Shown here: positions 17,718-35,189 of the stretch, piece after piece | How the letters are laid out: every line of letters begins with the position of its first letter | Numbering within the stretch: the first letter of the stretch is position 1 | NCBI GenBank assembly: GCA_964016885.1 | Contig: OZ024741.1 | Location: 307,086,001 to 307,150,000 of the forward strand | Direction: 5' to 3' | DNA length: 64,000 nucleotides | Origin: Eledone cirrhosa | Taxonomy: Eukaryota | The notes under the pieces: model-generated | Databases searched by the model: none | Told to the model about the DNA's origin: nothing | What the model saw: only the letters and a program-made list of their open reading frames with translations | Position numbers and translations under genes: made by a program

Positions 17718-20700
17718 TGTTACCCGGATATTTACCCATTTGCATTGTCGAGGCTTCCAAACGACTTAAAGATATTTACTTATTGTTCCACAATGCTTCA
17801 AGCAAACTTCAATACTCTCTTATCCTTACACCTGAGCCAGGAATTGTTTGCATCCGTAAGGAAACTGTTTAGACTGTCGGAGAAATCGGCCAACGCTGGC
17901 TGCCAAATTATTTTCCTGAAACGCTGCCTAAAAAACGATGTCATCCCCAACACCATCAAGAACATCCGCTTACCAGTAAGCCTACGTACACCAGCCTTCC
18001 AAAACACCACTAACCGCATACATCGCACGTGTATTAAACAGATCCTGAGACATCTCAACCGCCAATTACACGTCCATAAGCAGACACTCTCAGAGCGGAC
18101 ACATCGACTGCCAATAGCACCCGGAGACTTGCTCCTGAAAATCACTAAAGCAATCGACAAGTGCTACCACTCCAGAGTCCAATACAAGAAAAAACGGCTT
18201 AAGTGAAAATATGAGTGGATCTTGTCGAAACGCCACAACGAGAACATCGACACTAACGAACAGACGGACCAGAACCACGTGGAAAACAACAACTTAACAA
18301 CCGCCACCGCCGCAACCACCAACACCGAGCCATACCTCAACGATGCGACGCACCTGGTCACCGACCTAACCGGCACTCTCACGAGCGACGAGCTGAAACT
18401 CCTACACCTCGGACCTAAGTTCATCGTCACACAACGTCTCGACGACAGACTCAAACTCAACATCGAGGCCAACTTTTGTCGAGCCGCTTACCAACTTAAA
18501 TGGGTGACCGCCATCAACAGCGCCACAGAAAATAACAGCGCCGACGCAACCCACCCCAAGTTCCCCACTTACCACCCCGACAACCCACTCCACCCCCCAC
18601 CCACCAACCACAAACTCGACACTAAACTCATCAGGCTAAAACACTCCATCTCGGATATACTTCACAAACACACACACACACGCACAACACATAACCTCAC
18701 CAAATCTCAACTCACCACTCTCTCCAACCTAAAATCGAAGAACCTCATCTATCTCCCCTCAGACAAGGGAAAAGAATTCTGCGTCATCAGCAGAGAGGCC
18801 TACAACACCCTGGCCCTCCAACACCTTGACGATGACAACCTCTACTCCAAGGTCACGGGAATCACTCCCGCGCAGATAGAAGAACACATCAACTCCGCCT
18901 GGACCAACATCTGCAACCGGCGGAAGCTCCCGAAGAAGCTGAGATACAACCTCCTCACGAGGAACAGCAGACTACCCGCCTTCTACCACCTCGTAAAAAC
19001 ACACAAACAGGGACCCGACCTGAAAATCAGGCCCATCGTATCGAGCGTGGAGGGACCACTCTACAAAATTTCATGGCTCCTAGCCAGAATACTCAAACCC
19101 ATCTTAGACACCTTGCCGGGACACGTTAACAGCTCCGAGGAGGTGTTGAAGCGCGTGCATCAAATGGATCCCGACACCAGAAGGATTAACAGATATGCTT
19201 TCAGCCTTGATGTAGTCGCTCTCTACACCTCGGTCCCGGCACTCCCGGCCGTCAATATACTAATGGAACGCGTCCAATCCACCGACCTACACTGCTTCGG
19301 GCTCACCACCACTGACATCCACCAACTCCTATCCATCGTCATCGACAACACCTACTTCGGATTCCTTGACCAAATATACCAACAAACCTCGGGATTGCCC
19401 ATGGGATCAAGCCTATCAGGTGTGCTAGCGATCTCTTACATGGACAACCTCGAACGCAAGGCACTTAACGCATGCCACCCCAACGCCGTAGCCTTTTTCT
19501 CAAGGTACGTGGACGATATCCTCATCCTCACATCTTCCCAAGACACGGCGAACAGAATATATGAGACGTTCAACAACACGGACGAGAACATTGACTTCAG
19601 TGTTGAACACCCCAACGAAGACGGGTCACTTGCCCTCCTCGACTTCCGAATCAACATCACGGAACAGGGAAGGATCCACTGCAACTTCTACCGAAAGGCA
19701 GCCTGCATGGACCTATTCGTTCACTACAAGTCCGCCCTCCCTAACAGTGCCAAAAGAGGAGACATCACGAACGAGATCGCGCGAATCAAAAACAGATGCA
19801 GCGATCCCGCGAGTGGTGTCACTCATACCAAGCGATTCCTCGAGGTGCTGGAGACGAACGGGTACCCTACCTCGATCACAGACAGAACAGGAGACACCAA
19901 GCGCAAGAGACAGAGAAGCACCCAAGGCAAGTGCTTCCTTAAAATGCCACACCTGGGCGAGAAAACCACCAACGCTATCCGCAAGGCTATACGGAGGGAG
20001 GGCCTCGACATCCACCTGGCCCACTCGGGCTCCTCCCTGCGAAGATGCCTCTCCAGGAAATCCGAAAAATCTACTGACGCATGCTCCCTCAGAGACTGCC
20101 TGATACGCCATGCGAACTGTTGCCTACGCACATACGTCGTGTATAAGATAGAATGTGACAGGTGCAACCAATACTACATAGGTAGCACAATTCGACCTTT
20201 GCACATCCGGATCAAGGAACACACTAAAACCAGGGCTTCGTCTTTCCTGAAACACATAGACAAATGCGGAAACAAAGACGGAAGGCCCATTGACACAATT
20301 CTAGCGACTGAATGAAACGTCGGCACGTTACGTATCAAGGAAGCGCTTTTTATCAAACGACCACAACCGCAAATAAACAACCGATCAGAGAGAAGCGAAA
20401 TGAGATGGCTGGTTTAAGTTAACAAGCGATGCAACAACACACAACACACGCACCCACACACACGCAAACGAGACAACTACACACACACACGCACACACAC
20501 ACACACAGTAGCATTCCACCATACGAACATACTACACTGCCAATACAGAGGAACAAGGCAACAACACACGCACACACACACTCAAGCGAGACAACAATAC
20601 ACGCACACACACACTCAAGCGAGACAACAACACACGCACACACACACACAGTAACATTTAACAAACAGGCAGAGAATGGACTGACAGCTAGCGCCATCCC

Positions 20701-21096
20701 ACTCCCTCATTCGGCCGCTGACCTCTGTATGACCGACTCCATTTCACGCGCACGCGCGCTCTGCCGAATACCTCAGATATTCAAAACAACAAACAGCGAA
20801 GGACGCGTTCCGGACTTGTCCGACAGGCAACCTTTTCCCCCACCCCGGAAAAAAACCCCAGTTGATGGATGTGAATCCGAAATATATAGGGACTATTAAA
20901 TCTCTCCCAAGGTAACTCTCTCTTGTGTTGTTATTTTTATTTTATCCTTTATACACTTCCCTTCATTCTACACATCTCACACATCTTATACACACCACGC
21001 AACTCAACGTACACCCACTTACATCTCTCTCTCCACCACCGGACCTTGTTACCCGGAGATTTACCCATTTGCATTGTCGAGGCTTCCAAACGACTT
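17718..21096 (+). mobile_element. Near-full-length Penelope-like element with ~50-bp terminal direct repeat and TSD
   Basis: 17718-17768 matches 21047-21096; CATGTAAGTATGTT at 17708-17721 and 21097-21110. Confidence 0.92.
17793..20417 (+). pseudogene. PLE polyprotein (RT plus C-terminal GIY-YIG) in one frame with two in-frame TGA
   Basis: PSDKG, LVKTHK..IRPIVS, SLDVVALYT, GLPMGSSLS, RYVDD, LLDF, VVY..C..C...YIGSTIRPLHIRIKEH, KEALFI...PQIN; TGA at 18204 and 20313. Confidence 0.93.
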
Positions 21097-21489
21097 CATG
21101 TAAGTATGTTTTTTGAAACGGTGCGCGAGTTTGAAATTAGAAATTAGAAATGATAAGCTTTCACTGTATTTTAGACTAAAAATACGGTGAAAGCTTATAA
21201 TTTCTAATATATATATATTTATATATATATATACATATACATATATACGTATAAAATTTACAAAAATCAAATTACATTGAACTATTTATCTTATTGGTAA
21301 TAAGGTAGTAATAAATTACTGACCTTCACTGTTTAGGGTTTAAAATATATATAACTATAAAAAGTTTTAGTATATACATAACCATAAATAGTATCCCTAA
21401 TATTATATATATACATATATACATATATATATACATATATACATATATATATATACATATATACATATATATATACATATATATAGTGC

Positions 21490-22547
21490 ACCGGTCCCAT
21501 CCTGGAAATGGCCATGCTCAGTGTGTAGGAAAGGAGTAGGTAGAAACTCCATTTTATGTCACAAATGCAAAGTATGGGTGCATAAAAGATGTAGTGGGAT
21601 CACAGGTAAGCTAACTAAGAACATAGATTTTATATGTGGCTGGTGCTCTGGTGCAATAAGTAGCAGCAAGTGCCCACAAAATACTAGCTCATTCCATTGC
21701 ACAGATGGTTCTATAGAAATAGTGGACACCTCCCGTTACTTGGGTGACAAAATCAGAAGTGGTGGAGGGTGCTCTGAAAATACAGTAGCTAGAGTCAGAA
21801 CTGGATGGAAAAAGTTCAGAGAGCTTATACCACAATTAGCCGCTAAAGGGTTCTCTCTAAAAATGATAGGCAGGCTGTATGATGCCTGCATACGAACAGC
21901 AATGTTACATGGCAGTGAGACCTGGGCATTGTGTGCAGAGGATATAAGCAGACTGGAGAGGAACGAAGCTTGCATGCTCCGCTGGATGTGTAATAGTAAT
22001 ATACGTGAATGGCAAAGCATAAACGAACTAAGGGAAACATTAGAAATAAGAGGGATCAGATGTTGTTTACTCGAGAGAAGACTACGTTGGTATGGTCACA
22101 TGATGCGCATGAACGACGACAGCTGTATAAAAATGTGCAGGGCAATAAAAATAGACGGTAGCCACAGAGTAGGCAGACCCAGGAAAACCTGAGAAGACCT
22201 GATAAATTCCGACCTCACACACTTACACCTGTCCAAGACAATGTCACTGAACCGAGATCTTTGGCGGTACACAGTAATACAGAAGACCCGCCTTACGTAA
22301 GTACAAAGTGAAACCTACTACAGTCAGTAGGCACCTCTAACAAAATACACCCCGTCCCACTACCCCCACCCCATCCACACCACCCCCTTCTGATGTAAAG
22401 GTGGTGTTAGGAAGGGCATACAGAAAACCGCCAGACCGTCCTATGCGAGCAAGACAACCACTCTTGCCTCAAGTGGGAAAACTCCCATCCAAACCCATGC
22501 AAGCGTGGAAGTGGACGTTAAACGATGATGATGATGATGATGATGAT
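21490..22547 (+). mobile_element. Second 5'-truncated RTE copy (PHD-like finger, RT C-terminus, 3' UTR, (TGA)n)
   Basis: Closely similar to 11765-12968; ORF 21521-22192. Confidence 0.9.
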
Positions 22548-22652
22548 ATATATATATACATATATATATACATATATATATACATATATATATATATACA
22601 TATATATATATACATATATATATACATGTATATATATATATTTATATACATA

Positions 22653-22705
<53 letters not shown>

Positions 22706-22726
22706 ATATATACATATATATATACA

Positions 22727-23029
22727 AGTAAGTATGTTTTGAAACAGTGAGCAGGTTTGAAATCAGAAAATAGAATAGCTTTCACCGTAATTTTGAGTAA
22801 AGAAATTTTAGCCTGATAAAGAGGTTTAGAACGCTCAGATAAATGGAAAAAGATGAGTATTGACGTACATTTTGAATTTAAGCCTGATAAAGAGGTTTAG
22901 AACCCTCAGATAAATGGAAAAATATGAGTATTGACGTAAATGTACGTCAATACTCATCTTTTTACATTTATCTGAGGGTTTTAAACCCCATCATCAGGCA
23001 AAAATTCCTCTTGTCAAAAGTACGGTGAA

Positions 23030-23030
<1 letters not shown>
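22727..23030. repeat. ORF-less fold-back repeat with an internal ~70-bp direct duplication
   Basis: Palindrome centred near 22940; same family at 48989-49230 and 21110-21205. Confidence 0.75.
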
Positions 23031-23074
<44 letters not shown>

Positions 23075-23117
23075 CATATATATACATATATATATATATA
23101 TACACATATATATATAC

Positions 23118-23152
<35 letters not shown>

Positions 23153-23155
23153 CAC

Positions 23156-23200
<45 letters not shown>

Positions 23201-23394
23201 TATACATATACATATATATACATATACATATATATACATATACATATATATACATATATATATATAGACATATATATATGCCAGGAAGTGCCAGTTGAAG
23301 GAAGACGTCGTAGAGGTAGACCACGAAAAACACTGGCGAAGGTGGTGAGAACAGACCTCAGATCATCGATGCTCACGGTGGATATATATGTATA

Positions 23395-23428
<34 letters not shown>

Positions 23429-23637
23429 CATATATATATATACATATATAAGATATCGGATAAGTAGCACTCTATAATTTGTAGGACTGGAGTATAGATA
23501 ATATAAGATCAAAAGATGGAACTCTTATACATGGAACTTATTTAACCATCTTTTGATCTTATATTATATATATACATATATATATACATATATATATATA
23601 CATATATATATACATATATATATACATATATATATAC

Positions 23638-23690
<53 letters not shown>

Positions 23691-23755
23691 TATATACATA
23701 TATATATATACATATACATATATATATACATATATATATACATATATATATATAC

Positions 23756-23788
<33 letters not shown>

Positions 23789-24329
23789 CATATATATATA
23801 CACACATATATATATAGATACATATACATATATATATATACATATATATATATACATATATATACACATATATATATACAAATATATATATACATATATA
23901 TATATATGCATATATATACATATGTACATATATATATACATATATATATATATATACATATATATATACATATACATATACATATACATATATATATACA
24001 TATATATATACATATATACATATATATACATATACATATATATATATACATATACATATATATACATATACATATATATATATACATATATACATATATA
24101 TATACGTATATATATATATATATATATACGTATATATATATATACATTTATATATACGTATATATATATATATATACATATATATACATATATATATACG
24201 TATATATATATATATATATATACATATATACATATATATTTATATACACATATATATATACATATATATATACACATATATATATACACATATATATATA
24301 CACACATATATATATACATATATATATAC

Positions 24330-24360
<31 letters not shown>

Positions 24361-24445
24361 CATATATATTTATATACATACATATTTATATATATATATA
24401 CATATGTATATATACATATATATATATATACATATATATATATAC

Positions 24446-24496
<51 letters not shown>

Positions 24497-24505
24497 CATA
24501 TATAT

Positions 24506-24560
<55 letters not shown>

Positions 24561-24605
24561 TATATACATATATATATATACATATATATATATATACATA
24601 AATAT
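23031..24605. repeat. Degenerate (TA)n array with two embedded micro-islands
   Basis: Directly visible; islands at 23280-23382 and 23450-23565. Confidence 0.95.
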
Positions 24606-25181
24606 ATATAACCTGTAAAATAAGCCCCCATATTAACTGTAAAACTAGAAATGTAGTGTATAGCATAAGATGTACTGAAGGACAATGTAGAAACAAAAAT
24701 ATAGTGTACATAGGTGAGACAGCTCGTAGTATAGGGGAACGGATAAATGAACACTGGCGAGACCTTCAAGATAATAAAGAATCATCTGTACTCCACCAAC
24801 ATGCTAAGATAGAACACAGGGGTAAATTAGAGAACATAGAAATAAAAATAGAATCTACACACAGAAAAGATGCAATGTTTAGACAAATTACAGAGGTAAT
24901 AAACATAAAAGAATTACAACCAAAATTAAATAGAAAATATGAGTGGAACAGCAACATCACAACTTACAATTAAGGACAAAATGAAAACACACACACACAT
25001 AGAACAAACAACCAACCAACAATAAATAAATAAATAAATAAACAAATAGATAAATGAACACAAACACACACAGACACCCGGATGTGGCGCATGCGCAAAC
25101 TGAGCACACAACACACACACAGAAACAAAATGGTGTAGGACAGAAGAAAGGAAAGGCACAGAAACAAAGAAAGGAATCCCC

Positions 25182-25226
25182 AGTCACTGAAGAGGTCACA
25201 GAGTGTGTGACGAAAGGACTATGACT
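25182..25226 (+). ncRNA. Minimal hammerhead family F
   Basis: AGTCA CTGAAGA G-GTCACA GAGTG TGTGAC GAAA GGAC TA TGACT. Confidence 0.8.
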
Positions 25227-25321
25227 ATATATAAACAACTATCTGGTTGTGGATCCAACCAACCAACCAGAAATTTATAAATTTGTAGATTTGTAAATTT
25301 ATAAATATATAATAAATTGAA

Positions 25322-28300
25322 GTGAAACAACTGGTGCGTGTGTTTCTTATTGGCAACATGAACCTCCCAAAGTATAACAATATCGGTTTCAACACACGAT
25401 TTCAGATAAAGAATCTTGCTAAACAAATTCAGAAACGAAATATCGTAAGCCTTAGCCAGGCTAACAAGATACTGAAAACCACCATGTTCTGTTGTCTACG
25501 AAAAACCATAACATCTCGACAACTATACTTCATAAAGCAGTGTGCCTCGTCCAGAATCTACACCAACACTATCAATACCGACGTTAGAAGATTACAACTC
25601 ACCAAAAAACAAGCAGATAGGCTAAAACGAACATTAATTCTAAACATAAAAAAGAAGATCTATAGAGAATTAAGTCATCAAGAAAAACAAAAGCGTAACC
25701 TAATACAAGAAATATCTAGGATCACCACACCAAGAGAGAAACTAATATTTATAAGCCTTATACGCCCTGAAGAACAGTACATTACTCAAGAATGTGATAA
25801 GCACTTTAACAGGAAACTAAAGTGGCTTAAACAGGTAAAGCTAAATCAGGATACTATAGAGTATACCAATAGATATCCCGACAAAATTGACGGTATCAAC
25901 ATGGCCGACACCTCATTAACAGAAGAGTTCAACAACAAAAACACGAATATATATGGGAACGCAAAAATAGACAATGACGAAATGTCTGTGTTGTGTTTGC
26001 CCCCGAAATTTACGACATTCAAGAAGGTAAATATGATTAGTTGTCTGTCAGAAGTAGAAAAATCATTTACAAAACTACGCTGGAGCATCAAAAACAAAAG
26101 CAACAATATACGCACACACATATACAACACACATCCCAACAACAACAGACACACAGACACAAACAACAATAACAACAACACACATATCAACAACAACAAC
26201 AATAACAACATACCCAGAAACAACAACAGACACGCAGACACAAACAACAATAACAACACACACAACAACAATAACACACACGGAGACAACAACAACACAC
26301 ATCAACAACAGCACACACCAACAACAACACACACGCATTCAATGCCTCTCACCACCACGACAATCTTAACAAACACACAGACACAGAAAACAAGTAATGA
26401 CAGTAGCACAGAAATCACAGAAATAAGGGAAAGTAATAGGATTAAAAGGAGAAGGGAGACTAAGGACAAAGAGAATAACCAAGACGAACACACAGACGCA
26501 CAAAATAGGGTAGATAACAACATTGAGCCAGTGGAAAGAGACAGGAGTAATTATGAGAGACATAGAAACAACCATGAGGCTGTTGGTGGAAATAGAAATA
26601 GAAACAACACAACTAACAATAACAATAGCACTATTACACATAAAGCAGCAGCCTGGAACTCTCCGTTTTATAATCCCTCCGATAAATCATTCGACCTGCG
26701 ACGAGTCCACGCCACGACTTTACCATTTAACAAACGCACGCAGTTGCCGTCGCAGGTCGATGAACAAACAGAAGCACAATTTAGTATAGCTAGATCCGAA
26801 CTTAGAAATATTATAGAACAGTATAGCAAGAAGCATAATAGTATAGAGGCCCAGCAACTGGGAGAAAAATCTGCAAATGGCTTGCGTAAGCTCATGCAAC
26901 GCTCACGTAATGGAGAGATAGCATGCTTTCCAACAGACAAGTCTGGCAGAATGTCGGTTGACAGCCTGCCAAACTACATCCAGGCAATGCAACCCCACAT
27001 CACTAACACAAGAGAGGTAACACCACAGGAGCATGAGGATAGAGAAAAAGCCCTCAATGCCCATATGGTGATGTGGACGAATATAATGCAGCCCAACAAC
27101 TTCCAGGCCTGGAACAATGACGTGCCGGCGTTGTATGGGCTTCGAAAAGACCATAAAACGGGCTGTGACCCTATCGCGGGACCACCAACACGGCCAGTCT
27201 GTGGAGCTAATATTGCTAGTAACTACAGACTGTCCTACTTCCTCTCCCTGATCATACGCCCTATCATTGAGATGTCCCCAGATGTATGTGACAGCACGGA
27301 GGACCTCCTCAGCAGAATCGGCGTGAGTAACCGATCTGGGGACCTAACAAACTGCATAATAGGCAGTATGGCTGTTGTGTCCCTGTATCCATCTATTGAC
27401 GTGGATTTTGCTGTGGAGAAATGCGTAGAAATGATCAGCGAGAGCAAGGTTGAGTTCCGTGGGATTGATACCAGTGAGCTAGGACTTCTACTTAAGCTTA
27501 CCCACAGTAATAGTTACCTAGACACATATGACCTTAGCAACCTGTGCCCTACAAGACCAGCAAGAAGCAGACCACCTACCATTACCTCAATGGCCAAGAA
27601 AACCCACACAGATAGATGGAACGGGTGGACCAGAGCCATACGGACACCCGAAAACCACGATGAACTGAAGAAAATGATTGCACATGCGGTAGGGGCCAAC
27701 ATAAAAAATTAATCCTTAAGGAACATATGTACAAATTTAATGGAAAAAATATGCCCAAGAGGAAGGAGCAGCCATTGGTGTTAGCATTGCAGGCGACATA
27801 GCTAACTTATTCATGGTATGGTGGGGCAGTAGACTTAAACTTAAACTTAAAGAACAATTAGAAGACAGCTTAACCCTGATAATGTACTCCCGCTAAGTAG
27901 ATGATATAAACATCGTAGTTAAGACACCCCCACTAGAGAACAGTCAGGAAATAGAGAAAAACACAATGGAAAGCATCCAGCAAATAGCAAACTCCATCCA
28001 CCAGAGCATTAGAGTAAACTATAGACTACCCAAGTAGACACCCCAACCATCGATTACCTGTACTAGACACAGAGCTCTGGTTAGATACCATTAACAACCA
28101 AAAACAAATCCTCCATTCCCATTATGCCAAACCCATGACTTCCAAACATCTGATCCACCGAAACTCGGCCATTTCGGACCATACCAAAATCAACATACTG
28201 ATTGCGGATTTGGTACAGGTGATGAGAAATGTGTCCCGCATGTGCAACCCCGAAGAACTAGAGAGACACATACAACACTTCATCCACCGTATGCAGTTCT

Positions 28301-28922
28301 CTGGCTACAATCAGAGAGATAGAATCAGAGTGTACAGAGGAGCCAGAACCAAATGGGAAAAAATGGTAAATAATGACATAAATGGGACCTGCCCCTTGTA
28401 TAGGAGCAAATTTTGGAATAGAATAGAAAGAACTAGGAACAAGGCCAATAGAATAAACTCAATATTAAGATAGTAGAAAGACCAGGTACCTCCGTAAAAA
28501 CACTTATTAGCAAGACATACCCGTTTCAAAGACCCTCATGTATAGATAAGAAATGTATAACCTGTAAAATAAGCCCCCATATTAACTGTAAAACTAGAAA
28601 TGTAGTGTATAGCATAAGATGTACTGAAGGACAATGTAGAAACAAAAATATAGTGTACATAGTTGAGACAGCTCGTAGTATAGGGGAACGGATAAATGAA
28701 CACTGGCGAGACCTTCAAGATAATAAAGAAACATCTGTACTCCACCAACATGCTAAGATAGAATACAAGGGTAAATTAGAGAACATAGAAATAAAAATAG
28801 AATCTACACACAGAAAAGATGCAATGTTTAGACAAATTACAGAGGCAATAAACATAAAAGAATTACAACCAAAATTAAATAGAAAATATGAGTGGAACAG
28901 CAACATCACAACTTACAATTAA
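25322..28922 (+). pseudogene. PLE RT/GIY-YIG polyprotein, frameshifted after about 27700
   Basis: ORFs 25322-27712, 28135-28473 and 28605-28922. Confidence 0.85.
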
Positions 28923-29128
28923 GGACAAAATGAAAACACACACACACACATAGAACAAACAACCAACCAATAACATGTAAATAAATAAACAAATAGATAA
29001 ATGAACACAAACACACACAGACACCCGGATGTGGCGCATGTGCAAACTGAGCACACAACACACACACAGAAACAAAATGGCGTACGACAGAAGAAAGGAA
29101 AGGCACAGAAACAAAGAAAGGAATCCCC

Positions 29129-29173
29129 AGTCACTGAAGAGATCACAGAGTGTGTGACGAAAGGACTATGACT
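29129..29173 (+). ncRNA. Minimal hammerhead family F, second copy (helix II G->A)
   Basis: AGTCA CTGAAGA GATCACA...TGTGAC GAAA GGAC TA TGACT. Confidence 0.7.
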
Positions 29174-29387
29174 ATATATAAACAACTATCTGGTTGTGGA
29201 AACAACCAACCAACCAGAAATTTATAAATTTGTAGATTTGTAAATTTATAAATTTATAAATATATAATAAATTGAAGTGAAAGCAACTGGTGCGTGTGTT
29301 TCTTATTGGCAACATGACCCTCCCAAAGTATAACAACATTAATATATATATATATATATACATAAATATATATAAATATACATAAAC

Positions 29388-29418
<31 letters not shown>

Positions 29419-29464
29419 CATATATATGTATACATAAATATATATATATATATATATACATATA

Positions 29465-32544
<3,080 letters not shown>

Positions 32545-32549
32545 ATAAA

Positions 32550-32718
32550 TATGAGCCCACAGCAAGGTACAAGGGAAAGCTAAGGGCAGCAGCAACAAAC
32601 TCCCTCTTACACCAGTGGCCAACCTATACAGGCTGGAGATAAAATGTGTAGCAACAAGGACGGTGCCCCAGCATGGCCTTAGCCGGATGGCTGAAAGAGG
32701 TAAAAGAGTAAAAGAATG
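32550..32718 (+). mobile_element. 3' terminus of CR1-group LINE
   Basis: Reverse complement of about 47900-48062; ends GGTGCCCCAGCATGGCC...GGCTGAAAGAGGTAAAAGAGTAAAAGAA. Confidence 0.75.
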
Positions 32719-32767
32719 TACATATATATACATATATATACATATATATACATATATATATATATAC

Positions 32768-32802
<35 letters not shown>

Positions 32803-32908
32803 CATCTATATATATATATATATATACATCTATATATATATATATATATACATATATTTACATATATATACATATATATATATACACACATATATATATG
32901 TATATACA

Positions 32909-33236
32909 TGGAGGCATATATATGGAGGCATATATATGGAGGCATATGGCTTAGTGGTTAGAGCATTGGTCTTGCAATCGAAAGGTTTCAATTCTCAGAC
33001 CGGGTGATGTGTTGTTTCCTTGAGCAAGACACTTTATTTCACATTGCTCCAGTTTACTCAGCTGTAGAAATGAGATGATAAGGACTGGGGTCCATATCAT
33101 TCCTCTGCAAAAGTACTCACTGTAAATGAGGTTAGGAAGGGCATCCAGCTGTAGAAATCAAGCCAGAATCAGTTCCCGCCACACCCTTGCAAGCAGGGAA
33201 AAAGCGGACGTAAAATGAAATGATGATGATGATGAT
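32909..33236 (+). mobile_element. tRNA-derived SINE with RTE-related tail and triplicated 14-bp 5' end
   Basis: TGGAGGCATATATA repeated, A-box, CORE-like block, GGAAGGGCATCCAGCTGTAG, (TGA)n. Confidence 0.85.
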
Positions 33237-33340
33237 ACATATAAATATATATATACATATATATATATACATATACACATATATATATACATATATATAT
33301 ACATATATATATACACATATATATATACATATATATATAC

Positions 33341-33375
<35 letters not shown>

Positions 33376-33880
33376 CATATATATATACATATATATACAT
33401 ATATATATACATACATATATATATACATATATATACATATATATACATATATATATATACATGTATATATATACATATATATATATACATATATATACAT
33501 ATATATATATACATATATATATACATATATATATATACATATATACATATATATATACATATATATATACATATATATATACATATATATATACATATAT
33601 ATATATACATATATATATCTATACATATATATACATATATATATAGATATATCTATATACGTATATATATACATATACATATATATGTAGATAAAACTAC
33701 CAAAAGTTTACGGTAGTGTCCAATCCGTATGAAGAACTCAATGTAATCCGGATATCATGAAAAGAGAAGATGCATTCAAAAACTACTTTCGGTGTAAAAT
33801 AAACGGAAAATAGAGTCAAGATAAATTATGAAAAAAATAATGAATAAACAAGGAAACAGTTCCTTATATTAAAAAAAATT

Positions 33881-34020
33881 CATTATTTTACGATCGTTTC
33901 TAGGATATATATGTGTTAGAATTGGTATGCATATTCTATAGATCTATGTACAATATTTATACAAACTATCAGAGGGAATATACATACCTTCACATATATA
34001 TGCTGTCTTCAGAAATAATG
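33881..34020 (-). ncRNA. Type I hammerhead family G with ~110-nt helix II
   Basis: CATTATTT CTGAAGA C-AG-C-ATATATATGTG...CACATATATAT-C-CT-A GAAAC GATC GTA AAATAATG. Confidence 0.75.
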
Positions 34021-34813
34021 ATACTTGTTTATTGATAAGAACAAAGATTCAATACAATAGGTCTGTCTGGGAACAGGTTTTGAATTGACCAATCAGGAGA
34101 TAGTGAGGGTCAAGATAGTGATATAGTATTAGAAGAACGTTAAATTATGGGTAGAGGAAGGTAGATTTCAGTTTTGGACGGAAAAGAGTATTATGAATGA
34201 AGGATTACTTTAGGGAAGAATTAGGTCATATGTTGACCTCAGAAATAATTTTATTTGTTCGTTGAATAAAACCAACAAAGATCCAATATAATAATGGATT
34301 ACTTTAGGGAAGGAGTAGGTCATATGTTGACCTCAGAAATAATTTTATTTGTTAATTGAATAAAACCAACAAAGATCAAATAAATTCTGTCTGTTTGGTA
34401 AGAGGTTTAGAATTAACCAATAGAAAGTTAATAATTGGGCAAATGGTAAAATAGTAGTAATTGAAACTTATTTTAGGGTTGAAACTAGGTCAGGTGGTCA
34501 GTAGAAGGTATACAAGCAGTTGCTGTTATAAAATAGTGATGCCAATACAAATATCTAAGGTGACCAGAGTCTTAAGATAAGGATGTTAGTGAAAAAAATA
34601 CATCTATGAAAAGGATATAAAATTAATTTAATTGATGGGTATATTTATATTGATAAAATTATACTAATACATATAGATATGATAAATAAGAGTTAGATGC
34701 AGTTGAAAAGTGGTGTTAAGGATGAGGGGAGATTAAAAGAATATAAAAATGATATATATATATATATATACATATATATACCTACATATATATACATACA
34801 TACACACACACAT

Positions 34814-34870
<57 letters not shown>

Positions 34871-34897
34871 CATACACATACACACACAAACATATAC

Positions 34898-34951
<54 letters not shown>

Positions 34952-34987
34952 GCATATACATATGTACATATACACACACACACACAG

Positions 34988-35031
<44 letters not shown>

Positions 35032-35034
35032 TAT

Positions 35035-35078
<44 letters not shown>

Positions 35079-35189
35079 TTTTACACTCACATACATACAC
35101 ACATACATACATACACACTTATATACACACACATCCACACTTACATATACATATAATTATTGGGGGGGGGGATTAAATTTATTAGTGGG

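Larger units (their letters stand above)
24606..29337 (+). mobile_element. Partial-tandem Penelope-like element (3' copy plus full unit, period 3947 bp)
   Basis: 24606-25380 matches 28556-29337; RT motifs PTDKSG, LYGLRKDHK, RPV, VVSLYPSI, R*VDD; GIY-YIG VVY..C....C..VYIGET..ERINEH. Confidence 0.9.

Noticed and set aside
18204-20315. Two in-frame TGA in the intact PLE as selenocysteine
   Set aside because: Contexts (LK*KYEW, TE*NVG) fit Arg CGA->TGA decay, not Cys positions
20429-20899. 156-aa His/Thr-rich ORF after the PLE
   Set aside because: (CA)-rich 3' UTR repeats
32937-33010. tRNA gene (also 13620-13690, 39490-39563, 47332-47405)
   Set aside because: A/B boxes continue into a SINE body; no complete cloverleaf
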